This document shows positions 8,375 to 11,979 of a stretch of DNA of 11,979 nucleotides, in pieces (the first letter of the stretch is position 1; every line of letters begins with the position of its first letter). A model generated the notes under the pieces. It ran no database searches and was not told the DNA's origin. It was given only the letters and a program-made list of their open reading frames with translations. The position numbers were made by a program, and so were the translations under genes. This DNA is from Octopus sinensis. Taxonomy: Eukaryota. The stretch covers positions 1-11,979 of the forward strand of contig NW_021826705.1 in NCBI RefSeq assembly GCF_006345805.1. The letters run 5' to 3'.

Positions 8375-8606
8375 TATCACTTTCTGGGCAACAGGAATGC
8401 AGTCAACTATATCGAAATAGTCGACAACAGGCTGGTAAACTTTCAAAAGTTGGGAACAAATATGAGGATAAAACTGCACAATTTCCACGGTCACCTTCCT
8501 AAATTCCCTTACAATTTTGTTGACACAAGTGACAGGCAAGCAGAATATTTCCATCAGGAGATAAATTCAATGGAACAAGGTAACAAAGAAGGTGAATCTT
8601 GTATAT

Positions 8607-9082
8607 TCATCATCATCATCATCATCGTTTAATGTCCGTTTTCCGCGCTAGCACGGGTTGGACGGTTCGACCGGGGTCTGGGGAGCCAGGGGCTGCCCCA
8701 GGCTCCAGTCTGATCTGGCAGTGTTTCTACAGCTAGATGCCCTTCCTAACGCCAACCACTCCGCGAGTGTAGTAGGTGCTTTTTACGTGTCACCTGCACA
8801 GGTGCCAGAGGGGTCTGGCATCGGCCACGATTGGTTGGTGCTTTTTTTATGTGCTACCGGCACAGAAGCCATTCGAGGCAGGGTTGGCATCGGTCACGTT
8901 CGGATGGTGCTTTTTATGTGCCACCGGCACAGAAGCCAGTGGAGGCTGCACTGGCAACGGCCACGTTCGGATGGTGCTTTTTATGTGTCACCGGCACAGG
9001 TATCACAACTACTGTTTCCATTGATATTTGGTTCGATGTTCATGTACATGCACTTGACTCAACAGGTTTCCTCAAGCACAGG
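8607..9082 (-). mobile_element. RTE LINE 3' UTR fragment (same family as 3730-4706)
   Basis: Has the (CAT)n tail and is collinear with 3730-4270. It carries 3 minisatellite units plus a partial (GGTGCTTTT at 8775, 8837, 8906, 8973). Confidence 0.88.
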
Positions 9083-9243
9083 GATGACTATTGCTGAAAC
9101 TTGGCTCCTGATATTTTTAATGTTCAGCACTCAAGCAAATCATTCAAGCGCGAATTCAGGAGAAATTACTCACCATTTAATGATGGGATTTTGCAGAAGA
9201 AATTTTAAGATTTTTACAAGAGTGGACTCATATTTTTACAATC

Positions 9244-9268
9244 GTCATATCTCTGCCAGAGATATGAC
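9244..9268. repeat. 25-bp palindrome
   Basis: GTCATATCTCTG-C-CAGAGATATGAC, with perfect 12-bp arms. Confidence 0.9.
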
Positions 9269-9310
9269 TACTGAAACAATGTAAATATTTTGAGTTCCAT
9301 TACTGATGTG

Positions 9311-9352
9311 AATATGTTAGATAAATATGTTAGGTAAATATGTTAGTAAATA
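9311..9352. repeat. Tandem 13-mer, about 3.3 copies
   Basis: aatatgttagata aatatgttaggta aatatgttagta aata. Confidence 0.85.
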
Positions 9353-9532
9353 CTCCTACGGCCGTTTCTGGGGGTGTGGTTGAATTTTAACATATTACAC
9401 GTAAAGTAACGCTCAACACGCTTATTCCTCTTCTGATTCAAATTGGTTCTTATAATATGTAATAACTCTAAAAATGTGCTATATGGAATTCGCTAATATG
9501 AATATTCATCATTCTCAACGTTAATTTTCCAG

Positions 9533-9624
9533 AAAATAATTGTTTTGCTTTTGCTTTTTTTTTTTTTTCATAAATGGAAGAGGAAGAATTAGCGAATTTC
9601 AATATCAACGGAGTCTTCATCGAT
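9533..9624 (+). CDS. Candidate exon of a divergent protein tyrosine phosphatase domain (YINA-motif region); 5' boundary is 9533 or 9581
   Basis: Ends ...EEELANFNINGVFID|GTAAGT in phase 0, like PTP DYINASFID|. Two phase-1 acceptors are possible: ttttccAG|9533, or aAG|9581 downstream of T14. The longer form contains an in-frame TAA at 9571-9573. Confidence 0.6.
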
Positions 9625-9719
9625 GTAAGTAAATTCGACATTTTTTTTTAGCGTTTTGCTTCTAAAACTTCGCCGCATCTTTCTATCCTGCTTAATTTCT
9701 TCTTCATTTTATGATATTA

Positions 9720-10199
9720 CTAGCAGCATAGCCCGGCATTGCCCGGGTATGTAAGAGCCCCTGGAACAGACATGATGCTTGCTGTGAATTTTAAAAAAAT
9801 TCCTGCCAATTTGTGAAAGATATTGTCGAAAATATGTCATCTTGAATTTGAACGCGATTTCCCAAAATGGCATGATTTTATCGATTTTTTCTGATGGTAA
9901 GGTATTGCATGGAAAACTAACGTTTGGTGAAAATCGATTGCAAGTTGCGAAAACTACAACAGAAAATGTGTTGCAAATAAAAAGCTTAGATTCTCGACCC
10001 CATGTCGAATCTATCGATTTTTTTCAGAACTGGGGGACCTTTTCAAAATTTTCGCTGCGTTAGTTTCGAATTATGACATTGGGCTATGTGTGTGTCAAGT
10101 TTCATCAGAATCGGTTGAAAGCCGTGGTCAGGGTGAGGGTACAACCTGACAGACACACAGACACACAGACAGACAAACTGCTGTTTATATAGAGAGAGA
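9720..10199 (-). mobile_element. Non-autonomous Helitron (Lep1-like architecture), 480 bp
   Basis: On the plus strand: a|CTAG at 9720, hairpin cccgg-cattgc-ccggg at 9732-9747, aagtttcatcagaatcgg, a (GACA/CA)n tract at 10148-10175 and tttatatagagagaGA|t. On the minus strand this is A|TC...hairpin...CTAG|T. Confidence 0.85.
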
Positions 10200-10333
10200 T
10201 TTTTCTTTCGTGTGATGGTAAATCAGCAAATGAAAGTAAAACGGATTTAATATACCGTTTAAAAAAATTATATTTTTTACCTTAGATATTGGTTTACTTG
10301 TGAAAATAGTTCATGGCTACAATAAATAAATAT

Positions 10334-10921
10334 AGGCGCAGGAGTAGCTGTGTGGTAAGTAGCTTGCTTACCAACCACATGGTTCCGGGTTCAGTCTCAC
10401 TCCGTGGCATCTTGGGCAAGTGTCTTCTGCTATAGCCTCAGGCCGACCAATGCTATGTGAGTGGATTTGGTAGATGGAAACTGAAAGAAGCCTGTCATAT
10501 ATATGTATATAAATAGGCGTAGGAGTGGCTGTGTGGTAAGCAGCTTGCTTACAAACCACATGGTTCCGGGTTCAGTCCCACTCCGTGACATCTTGGGCAA
10601 GTGTCTTCTGCTATAGCCTCAGGCCGACCAATGCTATGTGAGTGGATTTGGTAGATGGAAACTGAAAGAAGCCTGTTGTATATATATATATATATGTATA
10701 TGTGTGTATCTGTGTTTGTCCCCCTAGCATTGCTTGACAACCGATGCTGGTGTGTTTACGTCCCCGTCACTTAGCGGTTCGGCAAAAAAGAGACCGATAG
10801 AATAAGTACTGGGCTTACAAAGAATAAGTCTTGGGGTCGATTTGCTCGACTAAAGGCGGTGCTCCAGCATGGCCGCAGTCAAATGACTGAAACATGTAAA
10901 AGAGTAAAAGAGTAAAGAGTA
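10334..10921 (+). mobile_element. SINE family A with a tandemly duplicated head (head-head-body)
   Basis: Heads start at 10334 and 10515 (period 181). One 3' half follows, with the tail ending at 10921. Confidence 0.9.
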
Positions 10922-10940
10922 TATCTAGATCAGTCGGCAT

Positions 10941-11156
10941 TTTGCTGTTTGTTCCTTCTCGAGCCATGCCTGGCTCATAAGGGCCGGTTTCCCGGTTTCT
11001 TGGCGTATAGGTTCCCCACCTGGACGAGACGCCGGTTCATCGCAGGTGAGCTGCAAAATGCAGGAGGAAAAAGTGAGAGAAAGTTGTGGCAAAAGAGTCA
11101 GCAGAAGATTCGCCATTACCTTCTGCCGGAGCCGCGTGGAGCTTAGGTATTTCGCT
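10941..11156 (-). mobile_element. SINE family B, tail type 3, head missing
   Basis: The minus strand agcgaaatacctaagctccacgcggctccggcag...cacaactttctctcac matches the family B body. A third unrelated tail follows (cctgcgatgaaccggcgtctcgtccagg...gaaaccgggaaaccggccc), V-SINE-like by recall. Confidence 0.75.
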
Positions 11157-11513
11157 ATTTGACTGTGGCCATGCTGGAGCACGACCTTTTGTCGAGCAAA
11201 TCTTTGTAAGCCTAGTACTTGTTCTATCTGTCTCTTTTGCCGAACCGCTAAGTTACGGGGACATAAACACACCAGTATCGGTTGTCAAGCGATGTTGGGG
11301 GGGACAAACACAGACATACAAACTCATATATATATATACATATACATATATACGATGGGCTTCTTTCAGTTTCCGTCTACCAAATCAACTCACAGGGCTT
11401 TGGTCGGTCCGAGGCTATAGTAGAAGACACTTACCCAACGTGCCACGCAGTGGGACTGAACCCGGAACCATGTGGTTGGTAAGCAAGCTACTTACCACAC
11501 AGCCACTCTTGCA

Positions 11514-11559
<46 letters not shown>

Positions 11560-11718
11560 ACGGGCTTCTTTCAGTTTCCGTCTACCAAATCCACTCACAA
11601 GGCTTTGGTCGGTCCGAGGCTATAGTAGAAGACACTTGCCCAAGGTGCCACGCAGTGGGACTGAACCCGAACCGTGTGGTTTGGTAAGCAAGCTACTTAC
11701 CACACAGCCACTCCTACG
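11157..11718 (-). mobile_element. SINE family A, head-head-body arrangement, tail lost
   Basis: One copy at 11157-11516, then (TA)n at 11517-11557, then an extra head at 11558-11718. Confidence 0.88.
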
Positions 11719-11775
11719 TATAGTTTTTTTTCCTTTTTATATTGTTCATCTGTTTTCGTTTTATTGTGTAAATAG

Positions 11776-11901
11776 GGACCTTCCTGTGAAAATCAATTCC
11801 TTGTCACGGAAAGACCAGTAGAAGGGAAAACTGTGAATTTCCTGAGGTTTGTAAGCGAAAACTGTTATCTGAATATCGTGGCCTTCTTTCATTCAAATCG
11901 G
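11776..11901 (+). CDS. Candidate exon of a divergent protein tyrosine phosphatase domain (TQGP and DFW motif region)
   Basis: Long pyrimidine tract, TAG acceptor and CGG|GTAAGT donor. It is 126 nt, phase 0-0, and only one frame is open: GPSCENQFLVTERPVEGKTVNFLRFVSENCYLNIVAFFHSNR. It aligns without gaps to the PTP pattern GY....YIATQGPL..T..DFWRM.WE.....IVML. Confidence 0.75.
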
Positions 11902-11953
11902 GTAAGTTTAGAAATGTTTTGATTTCACATTATTTAAAGCTATCACTGACTGT

Positions 11954-11979
11954 ATCATCATCATCATCGTCATCATCAT
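11954..11979. repeat. (ATC)n tract, possibly the tail of a third RTE copy
   Basis: Same trinucleotide as the tails at 3730 and 8607. It is cut by the window edge. Confidence 0.6.

Larger units (their letters stand above)
7420..9160 (+). pseudogene. Fragmented DDE transposase of a Chapaev3-like (CMC superfamily) DNA transposon
   Basis: The pieces read in order: CE..RAREIHWLVKAWPHKALVPG..LVQLGKIILCLLHIEL (7423-7566); VKSLDKSRRYF..FP..GVFDDLQIRRMMED (7772-7895); HFLGNRNAVNYIEIVDNRLVNFQKLGTNMRIKLHNFHGHLPKFPYNFVDTSDRQAEYFHQEINSMEQ (8378-8578); DDYC*NLAPDIFNVQHSSKSFKREF (9083-9157). They are collinear with the remembered consensus LCEWDSRA..WP..L.PG..KIILPPLHIKLG..FVKALDK..GIFDGPQIR..FLGN..NMSIKLHFLHSHL..FP.NLG.VSDEQGERFHQDI..ME..MADYCW..HSRKSYKRKF. 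Confidence 0.8.

Noticed and set aside
7581-8554. Minus-strand ORFs 7581-7823 and 8303-8554
   Set aside because: They are antisense shadows of the plus-strand transposase fossil.
9370-9576. Promoter (GGGTGTGG and ATTGG boxes) with a start codon at 9574
   Set aside because: The peptide matches the middle of a PTP domain, so an internal exon is the better explanation. Such short boxes occur by chance.
11851-11856. GTAAGC as the donor of a 75-nt exon
   Set aside because: The frame and PTP similarity continue to the stronger CGG|GTAAGT at 11902. It could still be a minor in-frame alternative donor.

Overview
AT-rich, microsatellite- and transposon-dense eukaryotic DNA. The repeat families look like those of a coleoid cephalopod (Octopus-type); this is from recall and was not searched. 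Almost all ORFs in the supplied track are artefacts of (TA)n/(CA)n tracts and SINE or LINE sequence. Reading past them, the window appears to be intronic DNA of a + strand gene. Two spliced exons (about 9533/9581-9624 and 11776-11901) join in phase 0 to encode a very divergent protein tyrosine phosphatase (PTP) domain segment. The mobile elements are: about 9 copies or fragments of one tRNA-derived SINE (called family A here); three SINEs that share a body but have three different tails (family B); one dimeric SINE (family C) flanked by a 187-bp direct repeat; three non-autonomous Helitron-like elements; two 5'-truncated RTE LINE copies; a Penelope-type fragment with a degenerate hammerhead ribozyme motif; and a shattered Chapaev3-like DNA transposase fossil split by a tandem duplication, a SINE and a LINE. 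No complete autonomous element and no complete gene is present. Family labels A, B and C are my own. Named family assignments come from remembered consensus motifs and need database confirmation.
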